Below are positions 39,001-54,000 of a stretch of 64,000 bases of DNA, in pieces. Position 1 is the first letter of the stretch, and the number at the start of each line of letters is the position of its first letter. The position numbers and the translations under genes are program-made. Source of the stretch: Mytilus edulis (lineage: Eukaryota); NCBI RefSeq assembly GCF_963676685.1, contig NC_092349.1, positions 7,316,001-7,380,000 on the forward strand, written 5' to 3'. The notes under the pieces are model-generated. The model searched no databases. It was not told where the DNA came from and saw only the letters and a program-made list of their open reading frames with translations.

Positions 39001-42000
39001 ATTTCAGCAGATCATGTCAAAGCAAAATTCCGATGTTATGAAGAATCGCAAGCCGATGTTTTAGGAATGTTTGTAGAAACTGAGCCCCTTGATGTTTTCT
39101 GTAAGTATAATAAAAGTTTTATATATACATTGGGGTATGGTCAAACTATTACTCTAAATGGAACCAGTAACGAATATCAAAGTCAATAAATGTGATACAT
39201 TTTAAAAAGTATTTGGCTATTGCATTAGTTATTTGTTATATTCGATTAAATACTCCAGAAAAGAAATTATTGATTTAAAAATCAACAAAAAGAGGACACC
39301 AATAAAGACATAAAGTTACAAAAAACACACCTGTACGTCCATTGGCAACGGACAATCCCTTAAAACATATTGTTAGCTACATAAGTCCATCTACTTAAAC
39401 TAAATGTAAAAAGACATAAAATAAAAGTGTGAACTGGAAGTAAAATGATATGGAGGTTATAAATCCTATTTATATTTTGAAGCTTTGAAATATGACAAGG
39501 ATATAACTCATTTAGGGGAATACACACATTCGTATCACGCTCTATTTCTTTGCGCTTGGTTTAGTCAATTTTAATAATGGATTTTGTGCTTGAATAAATG
39601 CACCTTATCTTTTTCTTCCGTAACTAGGTGTGGTTTACACGTGTTTTTCGACAACCCTAAAAAATCACTTTTTGAGAATTATTCAAGTACAACATAGAAA
39701 TATCTGAAAGATGTAAGACAACTTATGTAATGTTATATTCAGCATATACAGGGTGTAATTTTATGTCTAGTATTGATAATCAAATTAATGTTATAACTCC
39801 TAAATAATATATCAAAACATATCTATTAAAAGAAAAAAATTCAAATTATTGTCAAAAACTTAAAATAAAAAAAAATATTGAAAGTGAAAACATTACTTCC
39901 ATTTGACCATCGGAAAGTACCAAGACTTTATAGATAAATATTCAGTGTCTACATCCCCCAAAAAATGCTCTTGAGTTATAGATTCGAAGAGATGATGTTA
40001 TTTATCTTGTTATCTATTTACAGTTTTCCCTTTATTTGGCTTTACGCTAGTAGACTCCTTTTTTGACGTTTTACTCTTGACGTGTCTCGTGACGGGTATT
40101 TCCGCATCCAACAATCAGATGCTTTGCTGTATTCGCTTCTGGGTGCAGATGGGTTGGATTCGTACACTTGTATTTATATTTGAAATTGACGAGACTGTCA
40201 TTAAAGTGAGAGGGTTAGCGCTATAGAACCAGGTTTAATCCACCATTTTCTACATTTGAAAATGCCTGTACCAAGTCAGGAATATGACAGTTTTTGTCCA
40301 TTCGTTTTTGATGCGTTTTGTTATTTGATTTTGCCATGTGATTATGGACTTTCCCAATTGATCTTCCTCTAAGTTCAGTATTTTTGTGATTTTACTTTTT
40401 ACTTGATTTCTTCATCAAGAAAACTTCTACTACATTATATTTAAAAAACAAAGGATTGTACCATCAACTGCAAAAAATATCTTGTTGTTGGCATCTATGT
40501 CATATTAGGATGTTTTAGTCAGTTATGTTGTATGTATATGTATGTAACGTATGATTGCACAGTTCTGTCAACTATTGTCATTGAATTTTACGGAACCCAT
40601 CACGAGTTGGTTGACCGTTACGGAATAACCGTTTCACAAATGATATCGGATATGTTCCTTACGTCGTAACTACAAACCCATTCCCTTTCACGAATTTGAC
40701 CAACCGAATAAGACTAATGGGATTTGTCATCACATAAGCAACACGACGAGTGCCACATGTGAAGCAGGATCTGCTTACCCTTCCGGAGCACTTGATATCA
40801 ACTCTAGTTTATGGTGGGGTTGGTGGGGTTTATTCTTTAGTTGTCTATGTTATGTCATGTGTACTATTGTTTGTCGGTTTGTCTTTTTCATTTTTAGCCA
40901 TGGCGTTGTCAGTTTATTTTTTAATTAATGAGTGTGACTGTCCCTCTGGTATTTTTCGTCCCTCTTTTGTCATATTTACCAATTATGTCTATTTGTGTTG
41001 TCCTACCAAATTTGTCAATACAACTATAACAATAATATTTTTGAAAATAATTTGTTTTGATTGACCATTTCCTTTCACAATTAATAATACCAGGAACTAA
41101 TTTAGCAAAAATATGCATCGACTAAATTGCCCTTATTATTTTGATAATTGATTGATGCTCTTAACTTCGAGTTTTATCCACTTTTACACATCTGATTGAT
41201 ATCAATATATATGAAAAGAAAATATTAAATATACGACATTTTTGTCTTTCTTCTTTTTAATTTATCTTATTAGTAAATATTGTAAGCATTTGATATCGAT
41301 TTTGCCAGTTGTACTAAATTTAGGATTAATTGTATTTGTCAACTATTTCTGTCTAAAGCATCAGAGAAGACAAATATTAGTCTAAATGCGCATTTGGTGC
41401 GGTAAAATAATGATAATATTGCAACCAGACGTCTTTTCGAACTATACTGTTCAATCGTTTACATTGATATTATGACCACTTTGTCTTTAAAACAATGAAT
41501 TGATCCACTTAAGTCAATGACATTATGCAACCACTAATCAACTAAATTAAACCTTTCCATTTTAAACTTAAGATAATTGTTTTCAAGCTAATTATTTTGA
41601 AAAGTTTCGAAATTTCGCATCTCAAATCAAATGTCGCCTCTCCTCAGTTAAAAAGCCCACGAAAAACAGACGAACTCGTTGCACACAAGAAGCATACAAC
41701 ATAGCCATGTAACTACTTTATTGTAAAATTTTTAATTTACTTTACAATTTACTTGGTTTGGCTTTAATTAATCTTCTTATGTTTTAACTGTTCTTGGATG
41801 GAAATTGGGTTAACACATTCTTTTTGATCATGACCCAAACTGTAGTACAAAGGAAATAACTGTTTTGTCTTGATGAATATCGTCTATTCAAAAAGAGGGA
41901 CGAAGATACCAGAAGGACAGTCAAACTCATAAATAAAAAAAAACTGACAACGTCTGGCTAAAAATGAAAGAAGACTAACAGGCAAACAATAGAACACATG

Positions 42001-45000
42001 ACAACGGTTGCTATTTTGTAAATATAAAAACTCTACAATTTACCATAGAAACTCCCCTGCGGCTAAAACTGTGCCACTTTTACTATGAAGTTTTGTGAAA
42101 AATTATATCCCATAACGAAATATTGATATGCACAGCTATATTATCATGATTATTCAAAGGTTGGAATATAGGGCTGTGTGGCATATATCCAACATTCATA
42201 TTCCCTGAACATGCTGAACTTCTTAAAAACTACTACAAAATCGCTATACTACCCATTTCTCCACTTTTGGACCTCCTTTGAATTAAATTTTAGGCGCTTC
42301 TATTTTTTTTCATTCTGGAAAGAAGAAACCCAGATACCATATATTGGAACTAGTACGTTAATAAATCAACATATATATGAATATTATATATCTCCCCACT
42401 TGTGGCTTGTGAAATAGCCGTTTTTACAAAGTGCAACCTAAACGAAGTACAGTTTGTTATGTACTAACCAACTGTAGGTATCCGTAGTACACATTTAAGG
42501 ATTAACAAACTACTGTTCATTGCATCTGTATGTATTTCCATTCTTATAACTTAATTTTATAATATTCTTTTTTAAACAGAATAAAGTAATTTTTAAACAT
42601 TTTTTGTAGATACCGTTAGACATGTCAATATCACCAAACAGCCAAACCAAGCAGACTATGACAGAAAAACATCCAAGATTACTTTGACATGCAAAGGTGA
42701 TGGAAATCCTCAACCAACCTACAAATGGTTTAGGCTGGAGAACACAAGCAGTATACTTTCATCAACTAATCTCTATATCATTGAAGATGTAATACAAAAC
42801 AATAGTGGCGTGTATATCTGTGAAGCTTATAACACAATAGATGACGTTGAATACATAGCAAATTACTCAGTGCAGATTAATATAGGTGGGTTGATTGTGT
42901 TTTTGTAGCTTTTTGGTAATAAGGCAATATTAACAAAAACAGAATGACGCACATTTCTCATTTAACCGTCTTCTCGAATGCCTAAAGACAAATATTTGAA
43001 ATACAAGGATGAATAAGTACAGAAACGAATGAAAAGCAATACGACTAAATGGGACCTAAGCAAAAAGTAATCAAATCATTCTTGGGTAAAATGTGCCTGA
43101 GGGAGTTGAAACCTTAGTTTCCCAATAAATTATAAACGGAATCTTAAGAAATGTATGTTATAAATCATGTAAGTACAGAATCACTGACTACAGAGCTAAT
43201 GGTATCATCGGTCAAAAATTACCAACCAGCAGTGGTATGAATCCCGGGATATAAAAATGAAGATAAAACTTTCTAAATTGTATGCGTCTTTCTTGATATA
43301 CTTTCATCAGGACGATCAAAGACAAATATATAAAAGCCGACACAAGTTAAGAACTGTATGACTAAAAGGGACGATTTCACTTCAAAAATCACTTTTATTA
43401 TTGAATACATCCTTTGATTACTGTATATATACAATAAAGTATTACTGTATAAATACCATCATATTCATTAATATATCAGCCAATAAAATTGCAATTTCAC
43501 ATATATAAACAATCAACGATCATTTGCAATTATCAATAGGAACATTTCATTGTATCCGACGTCCTTAAATTGGGTTCTATGCCAAAAACTATCAATCTGT
43601 AATGATATGTTGACGAACTGTTTTCTATTCTATTTTTTAGTTGTATTTGTGGTGGTTGTGGTTTAGGGGGTGGTTTTGGATTTTACGCATTTACATCTAA
43701 TGTCATTTAAATAAATCAATTAACATGATTAAGATTTTAACCTCAGCATCACATTACCAAAATAATGCTGTTTCTCATTTTTGCTTATTGCTGGCATGAT
43801 TATAAATAACTCATTGATGCTTATATAGTACAATATGCCCAATAATATCAAATGTTTACTATGATTCTCAAACAGTCGACAAGTTGTGGTCATCAAAAGA
43901 ATCAGACTCATTAAAGAATGCAGCAGGTAAAATGTACATGTTTTATAGTTAACAACTATCAACTGAGCCAAACGAATTTTCCCAATTCGTGTTTTTAAAC
44001 CAAGGTATATAGCTAATTTAATTTAGACCTTTTTGTTTTAAAGTTTCAAACTCCTCTTATAATTGATACCTGACAAGTTGAGTCTTAGTTGAAAAAAGTT
44101 GTGAGTGTCATATTCTTTTATCTTTGATGTTTGTTTAACTCTTCAAAGCGTCCTTGCTAATCAGACAAACATCAAGCGTACCAAATGAGAATTTGGGATA
44201 TAAGAATTGTTTTTTTTATCTTAAAATTTAACATCAACCTTGAATTACAAAACAATCATTTTCATTCACTACGTTCCAATATTTGTTTCCATCTGACGAA
44301 TCAAACGTTCATTTCATTTTGCACTATATCAGAACTATCGAACGCAGTTAATTATTGATACACATTTAAGTAACGAAAATTATTTAATAAGTTTATAAAA
44401 CATATTTGATTGGTAGCAAGGTTAGTTTAATACCTCAGTTTGGAATATACCAATTGTTATCCATTTTTTATGGGTTTAAGGTTCAAAAGATGACATTTGA
44501 TAAGAGACTTTCTGTGATAAATTTTCCTAGTAGTTTGATTTATTTAAATTTAAATGCCATTGCGTTGTAGGGTTGTATTGATTATTATTTTGTTATTTTT
44601 CGCCTCTTCCTTAATAAATATGTTGCATGTGTTTTGCATGTAATTAATGACATTTGACGGAAACATTTAACTACCGTTTTAGGTAAATACGATTGTTAAT
44701 TCAGCTGTGTGATATCTAACAAATATTAACCATATTGATAACAACTTAGTAATCACACTTCAGTGAAATAAAGAAACAAAAATCCAACTTTTTCTACTAA
44801 AACAACGCATTTCGTCTTATTAACCAGCGTTATTATTCTATCCACAGGGAAGCAAATAGGGATATTCTGTTTGTTCGATGTTTGTCACTTTAAAAAACAA
44901 ATAGATGTTTAAAATGTTCGTCATTAAAATAAAAAATACCAAACTAACAGGAGGATAATTCAAATGCAGTAAAGAATACTCTTCAAAGATACCGTGCTTA

Positions 45001-48000
45001 TGATTTCATGCTGTGTTCATATCCATCATCAGTGAAGCTCGATTCAAAAAGCCTAGTCAAAATAGTATTAATTTTGATAGATCAACTGGCTAGAGACTAC
45101 CATTTATTCGTATCAAACAATTTAAATTTTTTTATTAAATTTCAAGCTATATTCAAAAATACCTGCCATAATTTCACTATAATATGCAAACTGTAATTTG
45201 TTTCAACAATATGTCTTATTTTTATTTGTAGTTCATGTAGTATACGTGATTCTCGTCATATTCGCAGTAGTCATTGGTGCATTGGTAGTAAGAAAATACT
45301 ATTATAAACCAGCAAACAAAAAGTAAATCAAATATAAGTTAAAATTTGAATTAAATTCTTCTATCATTGATGATCTTGTATTTTCATCGGAAGACATTTC
45401 TGTGAACCCTTTACAGCCATATATTGGTAGTACTGACCTGGAACATGTTTAAATAATTTAGTCGGGGATTGATACAAAACATATATAATACTTGCTTTTG
45501 CAGTACAATCGTAGCTAAGTAATTCTCTATAAATATCAAAGTATTTGGAAAAATCAAGAAACGCATAGTCACAGATTTTAATGAAATTTTGTATCAAGAC
45601 TTCTTTAAGATGTCTTATTGTGGAAAAAATAAAAAAAGTCGAAAAAAAAATCTGGTTGCCATGGAAACTGATTACCCTCATTTTGAGCCATTTTTCATTG
45701 GAAAAACATGATTTTTTTCAGATTTTCAGCACTTCATATTGCAAAATACACAAAACTTGCTACAATGAAGCTTATTCTGTTCAAATATATCACACTTTAA
45801 CTTTATAAAACTAAAGTATTAAAGATTAAAACTAATTTCTAGACATGCAGTGGCATGCATATAAAGTAGTCATTTGGCACTTTTGTCATAAAGCTAAAAA
45901 AGTGATTTTTCAGCCTTTTTTAAGAGTCTAACAACAAAAAACTGGACAACAGACCTTATTGAAACTATTTGACAATGAAGTTCCATTAGTTATCATCACA
46001 ATATTAAAAAATTAGAGAGGTGATATTTTTGGTATTTTTTTTTTTTTTTTTAATTTGAAAATTGCTCTAAATCCTGATATTTGACAAAATCTACATACAT
46101 GCAGTGATACATAACCGGTATATAACCAAACTGCATAAGAGTAATATTGAGACAAACTTTCCAAAAGAAATCTTATAAACAGCCTTTTGAGAGAAATAAA
46201 CAACACTTTTTCAGTTTTTATCATTTTATGTGGTTGCCATGGAAACATAATTTGTCTATAAATAGCCTATTTTTAGCATGAAATCAATAGAGATCATATA
46301 TCGCTTTGCATAAGATTATTAAAATCAACATGACAGTGTGAAATTATTTTAAACATGCATGAATTAAGATAATACATGTAAACAAAAAAATCAGTTCATC
46401 AACAACAACCAACTCTCAACCACACCCACCCCTCCCCCTTTTCCCGATTTTACAAAATTCGAATAGGGGCAAGAATTTTACAATATCAGCCCTGTATTGA
46501 TAATATGGAACATTCAGACCTGGATACCCTATTCTTTTACAGCATCAGACTAATGTATGTGACCTTCTGGCCAAGGACCAATTACCAATGTTGCATTATA
46601 TAACTCAGTTGTTAACAGGAATTCTGTATTAAATGTTAAGAAAGTTCGCTGTTCAGTTTCAAAATAAAGAGCTTTCTATAACACTATTCTAAATTAATAG
46701 GGATTAATTGATGAATCAACAAAAAAAATGTGCTTGTTTTCGAAGTATTATAGCCATTGAAATTTGGCAGGAAAAAGTTCTCTCTTGATTTTTCATAGCT
46801 TTAATTATCCTTGACCAGTTTAAGCTCTCAATAACAATGGCTTATAATTTTATATGTAAAAGATTTATGAAAAGAAAAATGGGGTCCATGGGCAAAATTT
46901 TTCAAGGCATTCAAATGGATAAAAGCAGAGAATTTCTAAAAAATATAACAAAAATACTAAAATATGACAAGCAAATATCCTTAACCCCTTTAGATTGATT
47001 GATTAATAATGGAAAAAAAATATAGAGTTTGATTTTTTGAGTTGCCATTTTGGAATTCTGATTAGCATCAAATTGATAATAATTATTATACAATGATCAA
47101 GACCTTGATATTAACATACACACTTAAGTTTGGTTTCAATTCTGACAGAGGTTCTTAACAGGATAAAAATAGCTCTCTTTAATATTGTGTAGAGGCTCTC
47201 ACAGAGAAATGAACTTATATAACAATATATAACACAATAAATAGAGTTAATTGTCTGAATTGATTTGCTGAGTCAAATTGCTGATGGTTTCCTCCCTGGC
47301 TGCGTCAGAACCGGATTCATCAAGCTTCAACTTTCTACATAACCGGGAAAAATAACTGGTAATTTGTTGGACTGAGAGTATTTCACTATAATGGAAACGC
47401 CTAGAATCATCTTCATTTTTTTCAAGCAACATTGCTTCAGACACACTGTATGGGTCTTCTTTTCTACCACTTTTTTGTCCTTTATTGAATTTTTCATGAA
47501 GATAATCTGTTTGATTTTTATTAAACCTCTTATTTTTTCTTTCGTCTTTCAACGCCCAACCCATGTCCAATTCAGAATCAGATGTTGATAGTTTAGTTGC
47601 AGATGGCATGATCATTAGTTGTTTATTCACACTTGATTCAGCAACCTTTTCAAGGTATTTGACTTTGGCTATATCAGAGCTGCAACTAGATTTTTGATCA
47701 AATACAAGTGTACATTTTTCTGAATATAAGTGATACGTTAATTCTTCATTGGTTGCAAATGTTTTTGTGCAACCCTCAGTTGAGCAAACCACCACATCTT
47801 CTGAATCTGTTTCAGGTATATTCATCTTCTGTTTCAGTTGATGGAAATGTATGTGACCTGAATCTTCTATCACTTGGAGTTGTATTGACTCTACTGAACT
47901 TATGTTTGAAATAAGACATTCTAGAAAGAAAAAAAAAAAAAAAACTTTCACTCACATATTCAGACTTGTATGTGCTAATTGGTGATTTAATCTAGTAAAT

Positions 48001-51000
48001 ATGCACCAATAAATTTCTTTAAAAACCTGTTTTAATCATACAATAATTCTAATATCATTTGCATATCTATAAATACTTGAATTGGATTGGTCAATTAGAA
48101 TTTTTCTCTTGGTTTACACTTCGATAAACCATGTTTCCGAAACTACTTTTGTAATCTATGCATGCGCAGTACACATTCTTGCAAGGATATTGGGATTGTC
48201 AGCAAGTTGAGATTATAAAACAATTGCATCACAGGTGTTTCTATTGTAATGCATATATAACAAAAAAAAACAAAAAAAATGCCCTAAAGCTTCAAAAATG
48301 TATAAAATTAAAATTTTATTACAATTCCGCGAAATTTCATGAAGGATTTGGTAAATTTACGTCATGGCAAAACATGATGTATGTCACACGAATGAAAATT
48401 TTCAATTCGGATAAAATCTAATTAAAATGAAGTTTTTGAGGAAGGTGATATTTCATTTTAGATTCTGTTGCATTTTTTGGACATTAATGGTTTTTAGCAA
48501 GTCAAGATGGCGGCGTACTCCTTAGTTTCGACATGCCATTGTGCTTTTGATGGTAAATTATAGTAGCTGTCAAACAAATAATTTAAATTAATAATGGTGA
48601 ATGTTTGACTGAAGAATTAAAAGGATTAAACAAATTTTTTCTAGATGTTATTGATGTGTAAACTGGGTCTCTAACTCACAAACTTACGATATAAGTCCTT
48701 TGGGACTTTTATTCAGTTTGTGAGTTAATCGTATAATAAACAATAACTTAATTTTTTTAATCTTTTTAAAAACTACATGTATACAAGTGTTAGCTTTTAG
48801 CCCAATTTTGTTCTAAAGTTCATGATGAAGCTGCTGGTCATTATTTTTTAGTAAGTTTTGAATTCAAAAGTTTAGGACAGAGGCACGATTGATAATTCTT
48901 CAACAGGTGTAATTTTGGTGTAGAGCAACTGGTGGAAATTAACTTCTATGAAAGATTTAGTCTTATATATATATAATTTAAAATTTCTTTCTTTGAATCT
49001 ATAACTCAATTGAAGAGCATTATATAGAACTAAATCTTCATCAACCTCTGCATTCACGAAAATTGTCAATTTATAACACATACCTTGGCCAATATTGTAT
49101 GCCTTCCATACTCTGATTCCATTCCTCTCAAAGGTGAAGTTTGAATAACTTGATATTGATGGAATGACACGGTCCACACTTTTAGGTTTTGCTGTCATAT
49201 TGTCTACCACTTTTATTCTGTATCTAACTTTCTTCATTGACTTGTCAATGGCCTGAAAAAAACAACAACAATATATTGATTGCTAATTTGGATAATTTTG
49301 CATTGATAGTCAATATCTTGTGACCATGAACAATTGAAAGCTTTTGGTTTTAAACTATGAAATTGCTGTCATTTACAAAAATCTAAAACAGAGTTATATT
49401 TTTAATCAAAATATTATACACTTTTTATGCCCCATTTATATGCCCCATTTAGGACCATTATGTTTTTACGTTTGTGCGTCCCTTTGTCTGTCCATTCTTT
49501 CGTTCTTTCATTCCTCCGTTTGTCCTGCTTCAAGTTAATGTTTTTGGTTACAGTTTTAGGTGAAGTTAGATTTGAGGAAGTTGAATCCAGTAGACTTAAA
49601 ACTAAAGTCTACTATATAGCTGACTATGCGGTATGGGCTTTGCTCATTGTTGTAGGCCGTACGGTGACCTATAGTTGTTAATTTCTGTGTCATTTTCTCC
49701 TGTTGTGGAGAGTTGTCTCATTGGCATTCATACCACATTTTCATTTTTATACATGTATGTTCTATGTAATAATCGTTCTAATTTTTATGCAAAATTATAA
49801 TTTTGACCCCAATTTCACAGTATAATGAACATAGAAAATGAATGGGGCATCTGTATACACATTCTTGTTTATATATATTTTAGTAGAAAGGAATCAATGA
49901 TGATTTAAAAAAGCATTTGTAATAGACTTGTTTTAATTTATAATACCATTCTCTCATACAAAAATATCATCATTAGAAAAAAAGCAGTATTGAATGTGTT
50001 GACAAAGTAATTTCAAGTAACTCACCTACATGACCTAGTCCATTAGGAATAAAATCAAAAGTATTTGGGATAAGTCTAGTTTTGAATTTTGAAATTACTT
50101 CTGATTAATGTAGAGCAGTGTAATGATGTTGCCAAATTAAATACAGTTTTTAAAAGTGTTATTCTTGTTAATATTATTTTGTTGAATTTAACACCAAATC
50201 TAATCACCTACATCACTTTAATGATGTTTTATAGGTACATAAATGTATCATACATGAAAAGAAAAGTTCTTACCTCTTTCATGTGATTGGCAGTTACAAC
50301 ATCATTTCCTTGGTTGATGTATCTTCTTATTGCTGATTTAACAGTTGCTGCTGTCCTATCACAGGGGCCTTTGCCATTCTGTGCCTCACAAAAGTTGTAG
50401 GTTTGTACACTGCCCAATTTAAAGAGTTGTGCCATCATTTCCGAGGATTTGTAACAGGCAGCATTGTCAGACCAAAGATGAAACTTTGTGCTCTGGTTAT
50501 CATCTTGGATTGATGTGATGACACCCTGTATTATGCCACTGGTAGTGTGACTATCCTGTGAGGTCTGGTTTGAAAATATATGGATGAATCCAAGAGAGTG
50601 TAGAGAATTATCAATTTTCTTAAATGCTATTGACAAATGCCATGGAATCCCCCTCTTTGCAAACCAGTCACACTGACTTTCTCTAAATTTTCTGGGCAAA
50701 AATTTCATAGCCCAATCGCAAACTATGAAGACTTCATTTTCCTTCATTTGTTCAAATGTGTCATTTTTGGCTTGGTCTTGTATTTGACACCTAACAAGAT
50801 GTTTCTTCAAGTTAATGATACTTTGTGCTGCCTGGTTGATTTTAAATCTCATATCATTTGCTGCATCCTCATGTTCTGTAGTGTTGGTTACTATTTTTGT
50901 CATCGCTGTTATGATTTCTTTCAGCTGCTCACATGACTCACAAATATGTGTATGCGAATGATTGCATTCAGATTTAAAATTTTCATCTTTGGGATCGCTT

Positions 51001-54000
51001 CCTCCATATGTAAGACAATGGTCTGCAACTTGGCATGACTGAGCAACATGGACCTGAAATTAAAACAGCAATATATAGTATATAGATATACCATGCTTTC
51101 TAAAAAAAATATCTTCCATTTACAAGTATTTGGTATTTTACTTTTTACTGTTTTTGGAATTTACATTATTAAATCTTGTTTTAATGTCCGGACATCACTC
51201 ACAAGTCAAGTTTAGTGTTGCATGGAATTTAACACCAAGAGGTTGACATTATATGCAATAATTGTAGTTTGTTATATCATTCATACAAACTTACAGGAAA
51301 GTGTCATTTTTTTTCTTATTTTATTTTTCCTTATTTTATCTAGGCTTATAGACTTCATTGACCTAGGACTATATATAGTATTGCTACTTTTTATTTAAAA
51401 AAATAATTGTATCAATACCTTCTATTTTAAATAAAGAACAGTGTTTTACTGGACCCTACCCATCACAGTGCAAAGGGCAATAACTCCTAAAACAAATAGG
51501 GTATTACAATCAAATAAAAATAAAGTGTTGAGATTTCCTTGATAGCTACAATGTAGATGTAGATGGATGGACAGATAGATGCATAACAATACACTGTTCC
51601 TACATAGATGCGCATATAATAAATTTTAAAATTGTGTTTTACTGTCAGACGAAATGAAAATAGAAAGGAAAAACTGCATGTATATATATTCAGAGTACTA
51701 AATATTCACACATACCCTAAAATCTGCCTTCATGTATCTTCTTGACTGCACCAACAGTTTGTTGATATCACTGAATTCAGTTTGAGTCATCAGATCAAGA
51801 CTGTGTAATTCTTTAGCTACAGCCTCTAGGGTAGCAAAAGCCCTCCCAACTTCAGCCACAAAATAGTCAACACCTTCAAAGCTTTGTCGGATGGTAGCTG
51901 TACATTCTGATAAAATTTTGTACATTGTACTTTCACCTGCAATAAAGAAGTATAATTAATATTCATATTCATACAGCTGAGTTTGATTTTAAAACCACAT
52001 TTTCAACAAAACAAAGTTCTGTAACTCTATGATAACACTAGAAAAAGTCATTTAAATTGAGGTGGGATCTTATAATGAATATGACTCTATCATTCAGTTA
52101 ATATACTTTTTTGTGAAAGCAATCTTGGTTTATTTTTGGAAATGGTAAAACAATTTTTTTTTTCATAAACAAAGTACTGTAACTTCATTATGAACTCTTG
52201 GACAAAAAAAGAGAAAATCATAATACATTTATGTATACCAAATAACTTTTACCTATCAGTGACTAGTGGTTTCCCCATAAACTATCCTAATCACAAATTA
52301 ATACATGTAATATAAGGAAAAGTTTTAAAATCGATAGACCTTGACTAGCATATCTAAGTCTTTCTTTTTTTAATACATCAAGGTAAGACAAATAACAAAA
52401 AAAAAAGGATTTTTTGTAACAAGTATGCAATATTATATAAGATAAAATTGAGAATGGAAATGGGGAATGTGTCAAAGAGACAACAACCCGACCATAGAAT
52501 AGACAACAGCAGAAGGAAGAGGCTACTTGAAACTTCTTGATTTTATTCTTACCTAATGGGATAATAGTGTTTTCTTCACAATATAGTTTATACTGTTGAA
52601 TGATATCTGATGAGCCCATGCATCGAATCAGGTTTGGCACATTTTGAACTGTTCCATCAGATAATTTCAATTTCTTTTCACCATATGGTAGATCTCTGAT
52701 AATATGTGGTGATGTTATGAATTCTAAGAAGCTGTCCAATTTCATTGGATCCATTTTTTGTCTGTGTGTTTCTGCTTGTGGTACAGGCAGCCCATAGCCA
52801 AATTTCTCTCCATGTTTTTTGGAAGTGTAGTATTTAAACTCTGTTAAGTCAGGGATAAGTTGCAATACTTCTTGGTAGGTCATAAACAATGAAAGCATTG
52901 ATAATAATTGTCTTCTATGCTGCCAAGATTCTGATTTCTGGTAAAACTCAGCAATTGTTGATAAGGTTGCAAGAGGTTTGATATTTTCTTCAGAAGAGAC
53001 CTTCGCAGTTGAGTTTGACAGAAAAATCTGCTGTGAGACATCACTAAAATTCTCAGGGAAAAAACATCCTATGACACAGTCAATAATATTTTGTAGTCTA
53101 TCAACATACAAGTATTGAGATTTCTTGGATAGTTCAAACCAGGACTTTGACGGAAGGCTGGAAATAGTTTTGCTGCCATTAACTTCTAAAAAGCGATTTA
53201 AATACTGAAGTGCCTCTTCTCTTTGGTAACTGGCCTGTGATTCCTGTAAAAAAAATGTTCATCATTTAGGTTCATAAAATAAATGTGACAAATTAATGGT
53301 CAAATAATACAGTATTCTTTACTCATTGTATTAATATTGATATTCAGTATCAGGTCTGATCTACAAACTCACTATGGTGAATAGTCAAGCAAAAGTCTGT
53401 AAAAACTTAAGCTTAGGTTAACAAATTAAATGATGATAAAAAATATCTGTGTTCCCTGTTGTCTACTTGTATATTATTCTTATTGCGTAGGTATATATAG
53501 AGAAATTATTCTTCTTATGAAAAGATATAACATACACGGGTAGAGCTAATTTTATATGCAGGGATCTGGAAAAAACAAAGAGAAATTTTATTTTAAGCCC
53601 AACATTCAGCAGCTATTTTGATGCATAAACAAGGATGAGTATATGAGCAACACAAAATGTTAATTTTACATAAACATAGAGGTTCTAGATACCCTTAATT
53701 TTTTTTAGGCCAACTGTGGTTTAATTTGTATTTTCAGAGTAGAAGATCTTTGTTAAGGTTTCAAAGATAATTCAAGTTGATAACCAACTTGATCAAACAC
53801 TGCAAAATTTCTAATTTATGGGCAGCAACCCAACAACAGGTTGTCTGATGTGTGGGAAAACTTCTGACATGGCAAATTGAATGTGACTAGAGGAAAAAAT
53901 TTTGGTCTTAAGTTCCTGAGACAGATGAGACGATAAATATTCATGGGACGGAGGGACGGACTGACAGACAGACAGACAAAAGTAAAAAAAATAAACCCCA

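Noticed and set aside
40750-41064. 104-aa hydrophobic ORF (also 18118-18342)
   Set aside because: Lies in the 3' non-coding part of the Penelope-like repeat; a common spurious prediction.
43641-43666. Possible extra TM-like micro-exon after tattttttag
   Set aside because: Hits a TAG after 8 codons and has no convincing donor; the model is phase-consistent without it.
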